Below are positions 37,778-47,587 of a stretch of 64,000 bases of DNA, piece after piece (position 1 is the stretch's first letter; each line of letters begins with the position of its first letter). The stretch is taken from NCBI GenBank assembly GCA_035573955.1, contig DATLZO010000003.1, positions 255 through 64,254 on the forward strand. The letters are read 5' to 3'. The position numbers and the translations under genes are program-made. The stretch comes from Minisyncoccota bacterium (GTDB lineage: Bacteria; Patescibacteriota; Minisyncoccia; UBA6257; GWB1-50-10). Under the pieces are notes generated by a model. The model made no database searches and was not told the origin of the DNA. It saw only the letters and a program-made list of their open reading frames with translations.

Positions 37778-38781
37778 CTCTTGTTTAAAAGGGTGCGTTT
37801 GTAGACGTCGAGATGCCCAAGGATTGTCGCCGTCCCCCGCGCCACGCAGAAAAACGGATCTTCAGCGACATAAGCAGCGACACCCAAAGAACGCTTAAAA
37901 AATTCATCGAGGTTGCGAAGTTGCGAACTTCCTCCGGAGAGAATTATGCCTTTCTCCATGATATCGGCGGCAAGTTCGGGCGGCGTGACGTTGAAAACCG
38001 ACTGAACGGAATCCATTATCTCCACGAGGTAAGGGTTGATGGCCTCAGCCACTTCGTTTGAATTGATTGTGAGATCACGCGGTAATCCAGAGATGAGATC
38101 GCGGCCGCGAACCTTAACTTCGAGTTTGGTTCGGTTGGGCAGCGCGCTTCCCACAGCGATTTTGACGTTCTCGGCCGTGCTCTCACCGATTGCGAGGCCG
38201 TACTTCTTTTTGATGTACTCGGCGACGGCCTGGTCGAACCGGTTGCCAGCAACCCGCCTCGAGGCCCACGCCACGATGCCCCCGAGCGAGATTATTGCTA
38301 CCTCGGTTGTGCCACCGCCAATATTCACAATCATATTCCCCTCCGAGGAATGGATGGGTATGCCGGCTCCGAGTGAGGCAAGGAGCGGCTCTTTGACAAG
38401 GTATACATCACGAGCACCGGCGTCGCGGGCGGCGTTCATAACAGCCCGGTATTCGGTCGAAGTGATTCCGGCCGGCACCGAAATTACGACTTCCGGCCGG
38501 AAAACATTGAAAGGACCAATACTCTTCGCGATGAAATATTTTAGCATCGACTGAGTTACATAGTACTCGGCAATGACACCGTCTTTGAGGGGTTTGTACG
38601 TCACGATGTCCTCAGGCGTCCGGCCAACCATTTCCTTGGCCTCGGCACCCACAGCAAGAACACTCCCTTCCGGCTTCCGCATCGCGACTACCGTCGGTTC
38701 GTTAATGACAATTCCCTTGTCCGGTAAAAAAACCAGCGTGTTGGTTGTTCCTAAATCAATACCGATTTTTCTTACAAACAT
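37774..38781 (-). CDS. mreB: rod shape-determining protein MreB
   Basis: Actin-fold motifs (IGIDLGTTNT ..). Confidence 0.9.
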   Translation of the reverse strand: MFVRKIGIDLGTTNTLVFLPDKGIVINEPTVVAMRKPEGSVLAVGAEAKEMVGRTPEDIVTYKPLKDGVIAEYYVTQSMLKYFIAKSIGPFNVFRPEVVISVPAGITSTEYRAVMNAARDAGARDVYLVKEPLLASLGAGIPIHSSEGNMIVNIGGGTTEVAIISLGGIVAWASRRVAGNRFDQAVAEYIKKKYGLAIGESTAENVKIAVGSALPNRTKLEVKVRGRDLISGLPRDLTINSNEVAEAINPYLVEIMDSVQSVFNVTPPELAADIMEKGIILSGGSSQLRNLDEFFKRSLGVAAYVAEDPFFCVARGTATILGHLDVYKRTLLNKR

Positions 38782-38853
38782 ATTTTCAATAATTTTGAAT
38801 TTTTAATTTATATTTTAAAATCCAGTAATTTAAAATTGATTCAAAACTGGAAA

Positions 38854-40146
38854 TTAGTCACCAATTCTCCTAATGTCGGCTCCCAAATATCTCAGACGTT
38901 CGTCTATCCTTTCGTAGCCGCGGTCGATCTCTTCGATACCGGTTATCTCCGACTCGCCTTCCGCGATCAGCGCGGCAGTCAAGTGTGCCATCCCCGCTCG
39001 AAGATCGGGTACCTCGAGCTTCGTCCCCCGAAGCGGCGTAGGTCCCGTTATCTCTGCAAAATGGGGTGACTTCCCCACAAAGCGGCACGAAACAATCGAA
39101 CAATCTGTAGTCACTTTAATGTGCGCACCCATCGAATTCAAGTCCCTGGTGTAGCCGAAGCGGTCCTCGTAGATCGTCTCGTGGATGCGTGACTCGCCAT
39201 TCGCTTGAGTAAGTACAATCGCGAGCGGCTGCTGCCAGTCGGTCATAAAACCAGGATGAGCGCCTGTCTCGATGTCGGTAGACCTTAGATTTCCCGCCTT
39301 AAAAAACCTAATACCGCTTTCCCCGACCTCATAATCGCCACCGATCCGCCGGATAGTGTTCAGGAAGGTTATAAGATGCTCCTGGATTGCCTCCTTCACG
39401 AAAATGTCTCCGTCGGTCGCTATAGCAAGACAAGCGAAGGAAACAGCTTCATTGCGGTCGGGTAAAATCCGATGCCTCGCGCCGCGGAGGCGGCGGACGC
39501 CTTCAACCCGTATGGTCCGGTTCGTGCCGAGCTCGATGATAGCCCCCATTTTCTGCAAAAACTTGATTAAATCAATGATTTCCGGTTCCAGTGCAGCGTT
39601 CCTCACAACCGTCCTACCCTCGGCGAGAACGGAGGTTAAGAGGACATTCTCGGTCGCGCCTACGGACGGGAAACGAAACTCTAACTCCGCGCCATGGAGA
39701 CCTTTCGGGGCACTGGCTCTGTAAAAACTATCGGAAATGGTTATCTCGGCCCCAAGATTCCTCAGGGCCTCGAGGTGAATGTCAACCGGTCGCGCACCGA
39801 TTTTATCCCCGCCAACCGTCGGCACCTCAGCTTCCCCCGCCCTCGCGAGGAGAGGGCCGATCGCCAGAATGGGGATACGGTTACGACGGGAAAGTGAACT
39901 CACACTAGTGCTCTTTATTTTGGGTGTCCTTACGGAAACAGTCGAACCGTCGCGCCGGATCTCCGCACCCAGTTCTTCGCAAAGACTGAAGGTTATTTCA
40001 GCATCACCGATCTGGGGAAAATTCTCAAGAACAGAAGCCTCGTCCGTGAGCATCGAAGCCACGAGAAGCTTTGTTGCCGCGTTCTTAGCGCCGGCGAGCT
40101 TTATTTCCCCTTTGAGGGGTTTACCGCCATTCACCAGAAATTTCAT
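38854..40146 (-). CDS. murA: UDP-N-acetylglucosamine 1-carboxyvinyltransferase
   Basis: MKFLVNGGKPLKGEIKLAGAKNA N-terminus. 430 aa, EPT fold. Confidence 0.9.
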   Translation of the reverse strand: MKFLVNGGKPLKGEIKLAGAKNAATKLLVASMLTDEASVLENFPQIGDAEITFSLCEELGAEIRRDGSTVSVRTPKIKSTSVSSLSRRNRIPILAIGPLLARAGEAEVPTVGGDKIGARPVDIHLEALRNLGAEITISDSFYRASAPKGLHGAELEFRFPSVGATENVLLTSVLAEGRTVVRNAALEPEIIDLIKFLQKMGAIIELGTNRTIRVEGVRRLRGARHRILPDRNEAVSFACLAIATDGDIFVKEAIQEHLITFLNTIRRIGGDYEVGESGIRFFKAGNLRSTDIETGAHPGFMTDWQQPLAIVLTQANGESRIHETIYEDRFGYTRDLNSMGAHIKVTTDCSIVSCRFVGKSPHFAEITGPTPLRGTKLEVPDLRAGMAHLTAALIAEGESEITGIEEIDRGYERIDERLRYLGADIRRIGD

Positions 40147-40213
40147 GCACTTTTCAGTATACTCCCGAAGGCGGCGTTTTTCTAATCGCGCCGCGAGGGT
40201 TATACTACCCTAC

Positions 40214-41560
40214 ATGAACTTGAAAGTCAGACGGCTGCTCTTCCTCACTATCCTCTCGGTGTTCGTCGTAAGCAGCGCCTATCTTGTTCTGTCGGTCCAG
40301 GGCATGGTTATTGATTTCCAGAAATTCCGCATTGTGAAGACCGGCGGGCTTTTTCTGAACCCATCACCCGGCGACGCCGAAATAATGATCGACGGAGAAA
40401 AACCTGAAACAATCTCAACCGGACTCTTTTCGAACGGCGTTATTGTGAAAAACCTTCCGCCCGGCAAATACAGCGTCGAGATAACGAAAGCAGGTTTCTC
40501 TTCCTGGAAGAAAATTCTCGAAGTGAAATCAGGCTTTATTACCTCGGCGTCGCAGATAATCCTCTGGCCTGATAAGCTTGAAACCGCAGTGACGGCGGAA
40601 AACGCCGACGATTTCACCGTTACCGGAAAGGGAATCGTCTTCGAGAATAGAAAAAATGGTGTCTACTTCGGCGAAGTGGCCTTAAAGGGAAAGAGGGTCT
40701 TTTACAGCGAACCTTCTTCAAACGTGGTCGTAACCGATGATGATGGTATATTGTTCCTCACCGACCTCGACGCGCCGGATAAGGCGGTGAACCTCGGCCA
40801 GATTTTCAACTCTCTCAAACAACGTCAGCTCGAGCTTCCCGGTGAGGTGCCCGTGGTCGGAGTCGCCGCACACCCTTTCACGGACCAGAAGGTCCTCATT
40901 TTCACCAAAAGCTCCCTATATTCCCTCGATTTCCGCAAGTTGGCTCTGGAAAGGCTAGCCACGTTGGAAAAAATCGCCAGCTCTGCGGTCGCTTCGAACG
41001 AGGTTTTCCTTTGGGACGGTAAAACTCTCCATTCCGTAAACCTCCTTCTCAAAACGAGATCTTCCTATCCTCTAGTGATGGATGCCGATTCCCGCCTTAT
41101 TGTTTCAAAAAGCGGCCGCCGAGTTTTGATTCTCGACAATAAAGGCGGACTTCACCTTTACAATTTTGCTGCCGCCACAACAACACTGGTAGCCGACAAC
41201 GTCCACAGTGTGGCATTCTCCCAAGAAGAGAAGCGAGCAGCACTGACGGGTAAAGACGGTTCGATAGCAGTTCTCTATCTCGCTGACTACCAAAGCGATA
41301 TTCTTCATAAAGCGGGAACGAAAACATTTGTTCTCCCACCCAGAAATCGGTCCATCGCGGAAGGAATCCGGTGGTTCCCAAAAACAAATAATCACCTCGT
41401 TGGTATCGTGGACGGCAACCTCTGGGTTGGTGAAGTCGACAACAGGGATCTTATAAACTCCGCCGTCCTCGTGCGAGAGGCGGATAAGTTCGCATTTGTC
41501 GGCAATCGGATTTATTTCCTTAAGGCGGGTAGTATCTTTGAAACGTCGCTGAGTTTCTAA
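40214..41560 (+). CDS. secreted/membrane-anchored PEGA-domain protein with C-terminal beta-propeller-like repeats
   Basis: N-terminal hydrophobic anchor MNLKVRRLLFLTILSVFVVSSAYL. PEGA-like PPGKYSVEITKAGFSSWKKILEVK. Start chosen at 40214 rather than 39779, which would overlap murA. Confidence 0.55.
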   Translation: MNLKVRRLLFLTILSVFVVSSAYLVLSVQGMVIDFQKFRIVKTGGLFLNPSPGDAEIMIDGEKPETISTGLFSNGVIVKNLPPGKYSVEITKAGFSSWKKILEVKSGFITSASQIILWPDKLETAVTAENADDFTVTGKGIVFENRKNGVYFGEVALKGKRVFYSEPSSNVVVTDDDGILFLTDLDAPDKAVNLGQIFNSLKQRQLELPGEVPVVGVAAHPFTDQKVLIFTKSSLYSLDFRKLALERLATLEKIASSAVASNEVFLWDGKTLHSVNLLLKTRSSYPLVMDADSRLIVSKSGRRVLILDNKGGLHLYNFAAATTTLVADNVHSVAFSQEEKRAALTGKDGSIAVLYLADYQSDILHKAGTKTFVLPPRNRSIAEGIRWFPKTNNHLVGIVDGNLWVGEVDNRDLINSAVLVREADKFAFVGNRIYFLKAGSIFETSLSF

Positions 41561-41621
41561 AAAGCGGAACTGCGTTTTCGCGGAGATCTCCGCATTTCGT
41601 ATTTTCCGCAATTGTCCCCGA

Positions 41622-42038
41622 CTAACGCTTCCGCCACTGCTGTGGCCTTCTCGCTTTTCGCTTGCCGTATTTTTTGCGTTCAACCATCCTCGGGTCGCGC
41701 GTGAGATACCCGAGAGCCTTCAGTTGGCTGCGGACTTCCGGCATCATCGTCGTGAGTGCCCGCGCGAGGCCGAGACGTATCGCTTCAGCTTGCGTTCCGA
41801 CACCGCCGCCCGAAACATTCACAGTCACTTTGTAACCCTTGAGCGACAGGTTTTTGAACGGCGAAAGAACAATATTCTCGTGCTTCTTGAGAGGGAAATA
41901 TGCGCCAAGTGTCCTGCCATTTACGGTAATGGCGGTTGTGGCGCTTTTCACCACGCGTACCCGGGCAACCGCTGTCTTTCGGCGGCCGACGCCTTCAAAA
42001 TAAAACTCCTTCTTGATTTCGGAACCTTTTTTAGTCAT
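41622..42038 (-). CDS. rpsI: 30S ribosomal protein S9
   Basis: C-terminal ...RRPQQWRKR. Confidence 0.9.
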   Translation of the reverse strand: MTKKGSEIKKEFYFEGVGRRKTAVARVRVVKSATTAITVNGRTLGAYFPLKKHENIVLSPFKNLSLKGYKVTVNVSGGGVGTQAEAIRLGLARALTTMMPEVRSQLKALGYLTRDPRMVERKKYGKRKARRPQQWRKR

Positions 42039-42376
42039 CTTTCTATAATTAATCTCTTCATTCGGCTCTTCCGCAGTCGGTTTTTGGGAAGCATAAGGTT
42101 CACGGCGTGCCTCAAAACCCAGGCCGGATTCTTTTTGAAAATTTCCTCGTATTTCCGAACCTTGAGGTGACCGAGCGGACCGGTGTGTTTGTAATAAACC
42201 TTTTGCTTCGTTTTCCGACCAGAAAGGACAATAGCGTCGACATTTGCTACCCGGACGGAATCGGCACCGCTCTCACGCGGATTGTAACCAGGATTCTTTT
42301 TGCCTTGGAGAATGGAAGCGATTTCACTCGCCACCCTGCCTAATGCCTTGTTTTTAGCGTCAATCTTGTATTCCAT
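42035..42376 (-). CDS. rplM: 50S ribosomal protein L13
   Basis: Sequence and its position before rpsI. Confidence 0.9.
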   Translation of the reverse strand: MEYKIDAKNKALGRVASEIASILQGKKNPGYNPRESGADSVRVANVDAIVLSGRKTKQKVYYKHTGPLGHLKVRKYEEIFKKNPAWVLRHAVNLMLPKNRLRKSRMKRLIIER

Positions 42377-42382
42377 TTCCCT

Positions 42383-42733
42383 TTAAACGAACTCTATGGT
42401 AGCCATTTTGGCGCCGTCGCCTTGCCGTGCCTTCGCACGCTTTACTATGCGCGTGTAACCGCCGCGGCGGGAAGCGTAACGGGGGGCGATTTCGTGGTAC
42501 ATCTTGTAAGCGGCTTCCTTCGGCAGGCTTTTCATAAGGAGTCGCAAGCCGGCAAGATTCTGATTTTTGCCGTAACCCACCATTCTTTCGACAATGCCGC
42601 GCAGTTCTTTAGCGCGCGCTTCCGTCGTTAAAATCTTTTCCTTTTTTATGAAATTGGCGGCGAGCGTCTTTAAGAACGCCCGGCGTTCGCTCTTCTTGCG
42701 GCCGAATTTCTTTCCTTTCGAGAGGTGCCTCAT
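42383..42733 (-). CDS. rplQ: 50S ribosomal protein L17
   Basis: MRHLSKGKKFGRKKSERRA N-terminus. Confidence 0.9.
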   Translation of the reverse strand: MRHLSKGKKFGRKKSERRAFLKTLAANFIKKEKILTTEARAKELRGIVERMVGYGKNQNLAGLRLLMKSLPKEAAYKMYHEIAPRYASRRGGYTRIVKRAKARQGDGAKMATIEFV

Positions 42734-43494
42734 GATTTCTTCCGCGCCCTGGACTTTTTCTTATCTTCCTCCGTCTCGGGCGTTCCGGGTTCTATTTTTG
42801 TAACCGGCAAGGAGGATATCTTCTCAAAATGATCTTTCAAAACGTTAGAGGCCTTATGCAATGCCTCCGATGGACTCAAAGATCCGTCGGTTTCAATCTC
42901 TATCTTCAGGCGGTTGTAATTAGTGAGCTCGCCAACACGCATGTCTTCGACGGAGAACTCGACACGCAGGACGGGTGAGAAAATTGCGTCGAGCACGATT
43001 GTTCCCACATTGAGCCGCTCCATGCGGCGCGCCTCGGAAGGTACGTAACCCAGGCCTTTTTCAACGGTGAGTTCAATCTCCAGCTCGGCAGTCTTTTTAG
43101 TCAGGGTTGCAATGTGAAGGTCGGGATTCACGACTTTGACTAGCGTCGTCGATTCGATATCGCCGGCCGTCACTTCCCTCTCGCCCTTTACCCGAAGAGT
43201 GAGCGTCTGCGGCTCGTCGGCAAAGAAATGAAAGCGTACCTTCTTCAGGTTTAGGGTGAGTTCCACCGCATCCTCCATCACGCCCGGAATGGCTGAAAAC
43301 TCATGGTCCACACCCTTCACTTTTATCTGAGTGATGGCGGCGCCGGGGAGCGACGAGAGGAGCGCTCGCCTCAGGGCGTTCCCGATCGTTTGACCGTAAC
43401 CGGTATAGAGCCCTTCCACGTGAAAAACACCTTTCGAACCATCCTCGGAGATTTTCTTTATAGAAACAGTTTCACTAAGATGACCGTACTTCAT
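42730..43494 (-). CDS. rpoA: DNA-directed RNA polymerase alpha subunit, N-terminal domain only (no alpha-CTD)
   Basis: 254 aa. The alpha-NTD fold is followed only by a short K/E-rich tail. Confidence 0.85.
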   Translation of the reverse strand: MKYGHLSETVSIKKISEDGSKGVFHVEGLYTGYGQTIGNALRRALLSSLPGAAITQIKVKGVDHEFSAIPGVMEDAVELTLNLKKVRFHFFADEPQTLTLRVKGEREVTAGDIESTTLVKVVNPDLHIATLTKKTAELEIELTVEKGLGYVPSEARRMERLNVGTIVLDAIFSPVLRVEFSVEDMRVGELTNYNRLKIEIETDGSLSPSEALHKASNVLKDHFEKISSLPVTKIEPGTPETEEDKKKSRARKKS

Positions 43495-43500
43495 TTTCTT

Positions 43501-44100
43501 CTATCTTGAATAGAATTGGCCGACCAGATTGGCGTCGAACGCCAGGTTTATTTCGTTTGTCTTCGGATTTGCAACGCACTTGGCTTTCAAACCGACCTTG
43601 TCAAGTTCAAGCCAGGTTGGCGGTTCGTACGACTTTAACTTTTCGCCTAAAGCCTCAAAAAGTTTGGAACCGCGTGACTCCGGCCGAATGGCAATAATGT
43701 CACCCACTCTAACATGATATGAGGGAATTGTCACCTTCCGGCCGTTCACATGGATGTGGCCGTGAGAAACAATCTGGCGAGCTACCCGAGGCGAAGGTGC
43801 GAAACCAGAAAGAAAAACCACTCGATCAAGGCGCTTTTCGAGAGTGAGAAGTATCCGCTCGAGCGGCTCCTTGAAGAGATTCTGCATTTGGCGGTTCGAG
43901 AGGCCGTAAGTGATTTGGATTTTCTGCTTCTCCTTGAGCTGCCGCCCGTAGTCAGAAATCGGCCCCTTACGCTTCATACCGTGAACACCCGGCCGATAGG
44001 GACGGCGGATCATCACACATTTGGGGGAATTACACCGCTCAGGTTTCAGAAAAAGCTTCACTCCGAGCGCCCTTTCCTTTTTTTCGGTTACCCTTTTCAT
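43501..44100 (-). CDS. rpsD: 30S ribosomal protein S4
   Basis: N-terminal CNSPKC zinc-finger-like region and S4 domain. Confidence 0.9.
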   Translation of the reverse strand: MKRVTEKKERALGVKLFLKPERCNSPKCVMIRRPYRPGVHGMKRKGPISDYGRQLKEKQKIQITYGLSNRQMQNLFKEPLERILLTLEKRLDRVVFLSGFAPSPRVARQIVSHGHIHVNGRKVTIPSYHVRVGDIIAIRPESRGSKLFEALGEKLKSYEPPTWLELDKVGLKAKCVANPKTNEINLAFDANLVGQFYSR

Positions 44101-44124
44101 CTTTAAAAATATTTAAATATTCGT

Positions 44125-44574
44125 CTAGACCCTTCTTGCTTTTCTCGGACGTGGCCCGTTGTGTGGGATCGGCGTTACATCCTTTACGGAAACTATGTCG
44201 AGGCCGCCGGCGGCGAAGGAACGAAGTGCAGCATCACGGCCGCTCCCGACGCCCTTCACAAAAATCTCGACCGTATTCGGCCCCGACTTCTTTATTTTTT
44301 CGATTATCGCTTCTGCAACTTTAGAGGCGGCAAATGGCGTGGACTTCTTCGGGCCGGAGAAACCAAGGCTCCCAGCAGAGAGCCAGGCAATAACCTTACC
44401 TTCCTTATCAGTCACGGTGATAAATGTGTTGTTATAGGAGGCTTGAATGTAGATCCGACCGCTCTCGTGGCGGGTTTTAACAGCGGTCATTTTGTCCTTC
44501 ACGGCCGCGGTGAGAACGCCGGTTTTTTTAACAACCTCGCTCTCCGATTTTTGGATTATCTTTTTCTTTCCCAT
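44125..44574 (-). CDS. rpsK: 30S ribosomal protein S11
   Basis: Sequence and operon position. Confidence 0.9.
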   Translation of the reverse strand: MGKKKIIQKSESEVVKKTGVLTAAVKDKMTAVKTRHESGRIYIQASYNNTFITVTDKEGKVIAWLSAGSLGFSGPKKSTPFAASKVAEAIIEKIKKSGPNTVEIFVKGVGSGRDAALRSFAAGGLDIVSVKDVTPIPHNGPRPRKARRV

Positions 44575-44583
44575 TTTCCAGTT

Positions 44584-44967
44584 TTACTTGAGCTCGACCT
44601 TCCTCTTGCCGCTTCCGGCCGTCTTTCGAACGTTGCCTCTTACTGTCCTGGAATTTGATTTGGTCCGCTGACCTCGCACCGGTAACTTCTTCGCATGACG
44701 GATTCCGCGATAAGCTTGAATCTCCTTCAGGCGATTCACGTTTTGCTTCACGAGCTGGCGTAGTTCCCCTTCCACCTTATATTTCTTCTCTATTATGGAC
44801 TGGATTCTGTTCACTTCATCGGCGGTAAGGTCCTTCGTCCGCTTGTCGGGCGCAATACCCGCCTCCGACAAGATGCGACCGGCGAGCGGGCGGCCAACGC
44901 CGTAAATATAACTTAAGGCGACGCCTACTTTCTTGTTGTCCGGTATGTTAACTCCTACGACCCTCAT
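44584..44967 (-). CDS. rpsM: 30S ribosomal protein S13
   Basis: MRVVGVNIPDNKKV N-terminus. Start set at the internal Met. Confidence 0.9.
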   Translation of the reverse strand: MRVVGVNIPDNKKVGVALSYIYGVGRPLAGRILSEAGIAPDKRTKDLTADEVNRIQSIIEKKYKVEGELRQLVKQNVNRLKEIQAYRGIRHAKKLPVRGQRTKSNSRTVRGNVRKTAGSGKRKVELK

Positions 44968-44968
44968 G

Positions 44969-45082
44969 TTAACCTTGTCTCTGTTTGTGTTTGGGGTTCT
45001 TGCAAATGACATAAAGCCGGCCGTTCCGCCGTATAATTTTGCAATTCCCACATATTTTCTTGACCGATGTTTTGACCTTCAT
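44969..45082 (-). CDS. rpmJ: 50S ribosomal protein L36 (not in the supplied ORF track)
   Basis: Hand-translated from the minus strand: [37 protein letters not shown] (37 aa, C..C..C..H zinc ribbon). Sits between infA and rpsM. Confidence 0.85.
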   Translation of the reverse strand: MKVKTSVKKICGNCKIIRRNGRLYVICKNPKHKQRQG

Positions 45083-45088
45083 CTCCAG

Positions 45089-45307
45089 TTAAAATCTCCT
45101 AACGATACGGCCCCGGCGATCTTCCGCAACAGGCATCTCTACTATCACCCGGTCTCCTGGGATAACACGGATATAATGTATCTTCATCTTACCCGCAAGG
45201 TGCGCCAGAACCTCGTGACCGTTGTCCAAACGGACCCGGAAAAGCAAACCCGGTAGAGCCTCAAAAACCGTCCCTTCGAACCTGAGGCATTTTTGCTCGC
45301 TCGTCAT
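45089..45307 (-). CDS. infA: translation initiation factor IF-1
   Basis: S1-like OB sequence MTSEQK...RIVRRF. Start set at the internal Met (72 aa). Confidence 0.85.
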   Translation of the reverse strand: MTSEQKCLRFEGTVFEALPGLLFRVRLDNGHEVLAHLAGKMKIHYIRVIPGDRVIVEMPVAEDRRGRIVRRF

Positions 45308-45345
45308 CAAACGATTTGAAATCCTACCAAACCCATCGGAATGTG

Positions 45346-46977
45346 TCAATCAACGGTGATTTTCACCCTGTCCGGGTCTCTCGGGACCTTCGTCACCCAG
45401 AACGGCCAGAGGGATACGTTTGCTTTCTCGAGTCCCGGCAAGAAATATATAGTCTGTTTCAGTTTGTTCTCGCTCGCCCCGAGTATATCGGCTTGGAGTT
45501 TCCCGATTTCGATGTCGGAGACAAGCGTCATCGCTCCGGAGATCGAAAAAGAGATCTCGCCGACAGCAAAATCCGAGGTTGATGTCCCGTAATCCGCACG
45601 AAAATCCCGAAAAACTAGATTCTTTTCTTCGAACGAGGCGGTTGCTTTATCCTTCAGAGCGTCCTTAAGCATTACCTCGTCGAAGACCAGATACTTCAGT
45701 TCTCCAGCCGCCATGAATCCGAAATTGCCCTCGGCGTCTGCGTCCTCCAAATTTTCGGCCGTCACTTTGAACTCGCGGGCTTCCGGAAAAACTTTGAACT
45801 TATCGGAAACAAGTATTTTGACTTCGTTTTCGAGCGCACTCTCAAGTTTCGCGAGAACCTCCGCTTTCGCCTTTGCCTTATCGTCCTCGGTCGGTACAGA
45901 CATCTCGCCCGAGAAGCCGCCGGAAGCGGGATAGGGAGCTTCAGCATAAAAGCCGTCGTAGCGCGGTGTCCCCTTAAAACCGGGTATCCTCCAACCCCGC
46001 GAGGCCGGCACGTTGTATTCCTCGCCCGGTTTGTCGGCTGTGACCGAAACGCTTATCATCGACGGTTCTATTTTGTTGTTCACGATCTTCGCGCCGGGAA
46101 TGGTGACCTTTGCATCCAAACGGAAAATCTTGCCCTCCGGCGAGAGAAATCTTGTGTTCTGGACAAGTGCTTGCGGTTCGGAACTATAGGCGTTCGAAAC
46201 AATGAGTGTCGCTTTGGCTTTACGCTCGACATTTTCCTTGCCGTTCGCTGGGAATCTCACGGAAAGGTTCTTTTTAGCAGTAATGAGTAAGGCAGGTAGG
46301 GTTATTTTCGGGGAGATCGAAACATCCTTGGCCGAAACGGCCGCTTTGACGCTTTCATTGAACGGTATTTCAATCTGCTTCAATGTAATCGAGATACGGG
46401 CTTTCGAAAAGACATTATTCGCTAAGATGAATCCGCCAGGGACAGCAAGAATGAGCACAGCTGCGGCAATGAGCATTCGCCGCCGAGACCTGGGACTCGC
46501 GCTCTTTCCTTCTGCGAAAGAGATTATCTTCGGCGCAGGTTCCTTCTTGGGTTCGAAGAATATCTTCGGCAAATCCGGTCTTTTTTCCGGAGGCGGTGCT
46601 TTCCACAAAACCTCTTCCGATTCCGATTCCTGCGTTACCCTTGCTTTTCTTTCTTCCTTTGCATTGTGCAAAGTCCTCGACTTCGGCACAATGTCAGAAA
46701 TAAATTTCTCACTCCGTTTGAAAAGCGGGTTCTTGCAATTGAGACCCGCAACTGAAGCCATTTCGAGTATCTTTTCGTCGAGTGATTCTATGAAAACTTC
46801 CTTATTGAGAACAGCGGCCTTGTTTTTTAAAACGTGGAAATTATTTATCGCCTTGCCTAAAACGGAATCGCGGGGAACGTTCAAAATGACCACTTCTGCC
46901 GGTGTACCACTGATGGTTTGGAGAACAAACTCAATATCGTCTTTTTTCTCGAGGAATATTTTCTTCTCGGGTTTCAT
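45346..46977 (-). CDS. large hypothetical single-pass membrane protein
   Basis: 543 aa. K/E-rich cytoplasmic N-terminus, one transmembrane helix (LIAAAVLILAVPGGFIL), and a large extracytoplasmic domain. No motif recognised. Confidence 0.5.
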   Translation of the reverse strand: MKPEKKIFLEKKDDIEFVLQTISGTPAEVVILNVPRDSVLGKAINNFHVLKNKAAVLNKEVFIESLDEKILEMASVAGLNCKNPLFKRSEKFISDIVPKSRTLHNAKEERKARVTQESESEEVLWKAPPPEKRPDLPKIFFEPKKEPAPKIISFAEGKSASPRSRRRMLIAAAVLILAVPGGFILANNVFSKARISITLKQIEIPFNESVKAAVSAKDVSISPKITLPALLITAKKNLSVRFPANGKENVERKAKATLIVSNAYSSEPQALVQNTRFLSPEGKIFRLDAKVTIPGAKIVNNKIEPSMISVSVTADKPGEEYNVPASRGWRIPGFKGTPRYDGFYAEAPYPASGGFSGEMSVPTEDDKAKAKAEVLAKLESALENEVKILVSDKFKVFPEAREFKVTAENLEDADAEGNFGFMAAGELKYLVFDEVMLKDALKDKATASFEEKNLVFRDFRADYGTSTSDFAVGEISFSISGAMTLVSDIEIGKLQADILGASENKLKQTIYFLPGLEKANVSLWPFWVTKVPRDPDRVKITVD

Positions 46978-46995
46978 TGACTTCCAGTATAGTCC

Positions 46996-47556
46996 CTATC
47001 TTTTTACCTCTACAAGAGTCGAGGGTGCGCCGGCAAGCCTGCCGCCGTCCAAGTAAAAATCTACTTTGTTTCCGAAGTAGCGCTTGGCTTCAACTACTGT
47101 TTTGGCAGGCGGCTTGCCGGAGAAATTGGCAGACGGCGCAACCAACGGCCCCGTATTACGTATAAGGCTGGTAAGTTTCCTGTCATTTGGCAAACGAAAA
47201 GCAATACTTTTTGTGCCGCGGTGAAGATAAAAAAACTTTCTGTTAGGACAAGGCAAAATCACGCTTACCGGTCCCGGTTTACCCTGAACTTGTCGAACGG
47301 GCCAGAGGGTTTTGAGCAGCTTAAGATGTCTTTCATTGACCTTCACACCGAATTTTCCCAAATCGGCCAACGAACCGATAAGAACAATGAATGGCTTCCT
47401 CCGGTCGCGTTTGCGCAGGCGGTAGATTCTCTCGACTGCACGGCGGGAAAGAGCGGAACCCACCAAACCGTAAATGGTATCGGTTGGTATCACGCCAATA
47501 CCACCGTTTCTCAAAATTTTTATAATTTCTACAACTTTCATTTTTCCTTTTTCCAA
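46996..47556 (-). CDS. tsaC: L-threonylcarbamoyladenylate synthase TsaC/YrdC family
   Basis: GVIPTDTIYGLVG YrdC motif. Confidence 0.75.
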   Translation of the reverse strand: MEKGKMKVVEIIKILRNGGIGVIPTDTIYGLVGSALSRRAVERIYRLRKRDRRKPFIVLIGSLADLGKFGVKVNERHLKLLKTLWPVRQVQGKPGPVSVILPCPNRKFFYLHRGTKSIAFRLPNDRKLTSLIRNTGPLVAPSANFSGKPPAKTVVEAKRYFGNKVDFYLDGGRLAGAPSTLVEVKR

Positions 47557-47587
47557 TTATTACTATTTTTACTTTATTGCTACCTAT

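Noticed and set aside
39779-40213. Upstream 145-codon extension of the PEGA-protein ORF
   Set aside because: It would overlap murA on the opposite strand by about 370 bp. The extension is Arg/Ser/Pro-rich junk, and the Met at 40214 is followed by a clean signal anchor.
46202-47056. 284-aa plus-strand ORF
   Set aside because: It is antisense to the 543-aa membrane protein and tsaC. It is Ser/Phe/Leu-rich and a shadow ORF.
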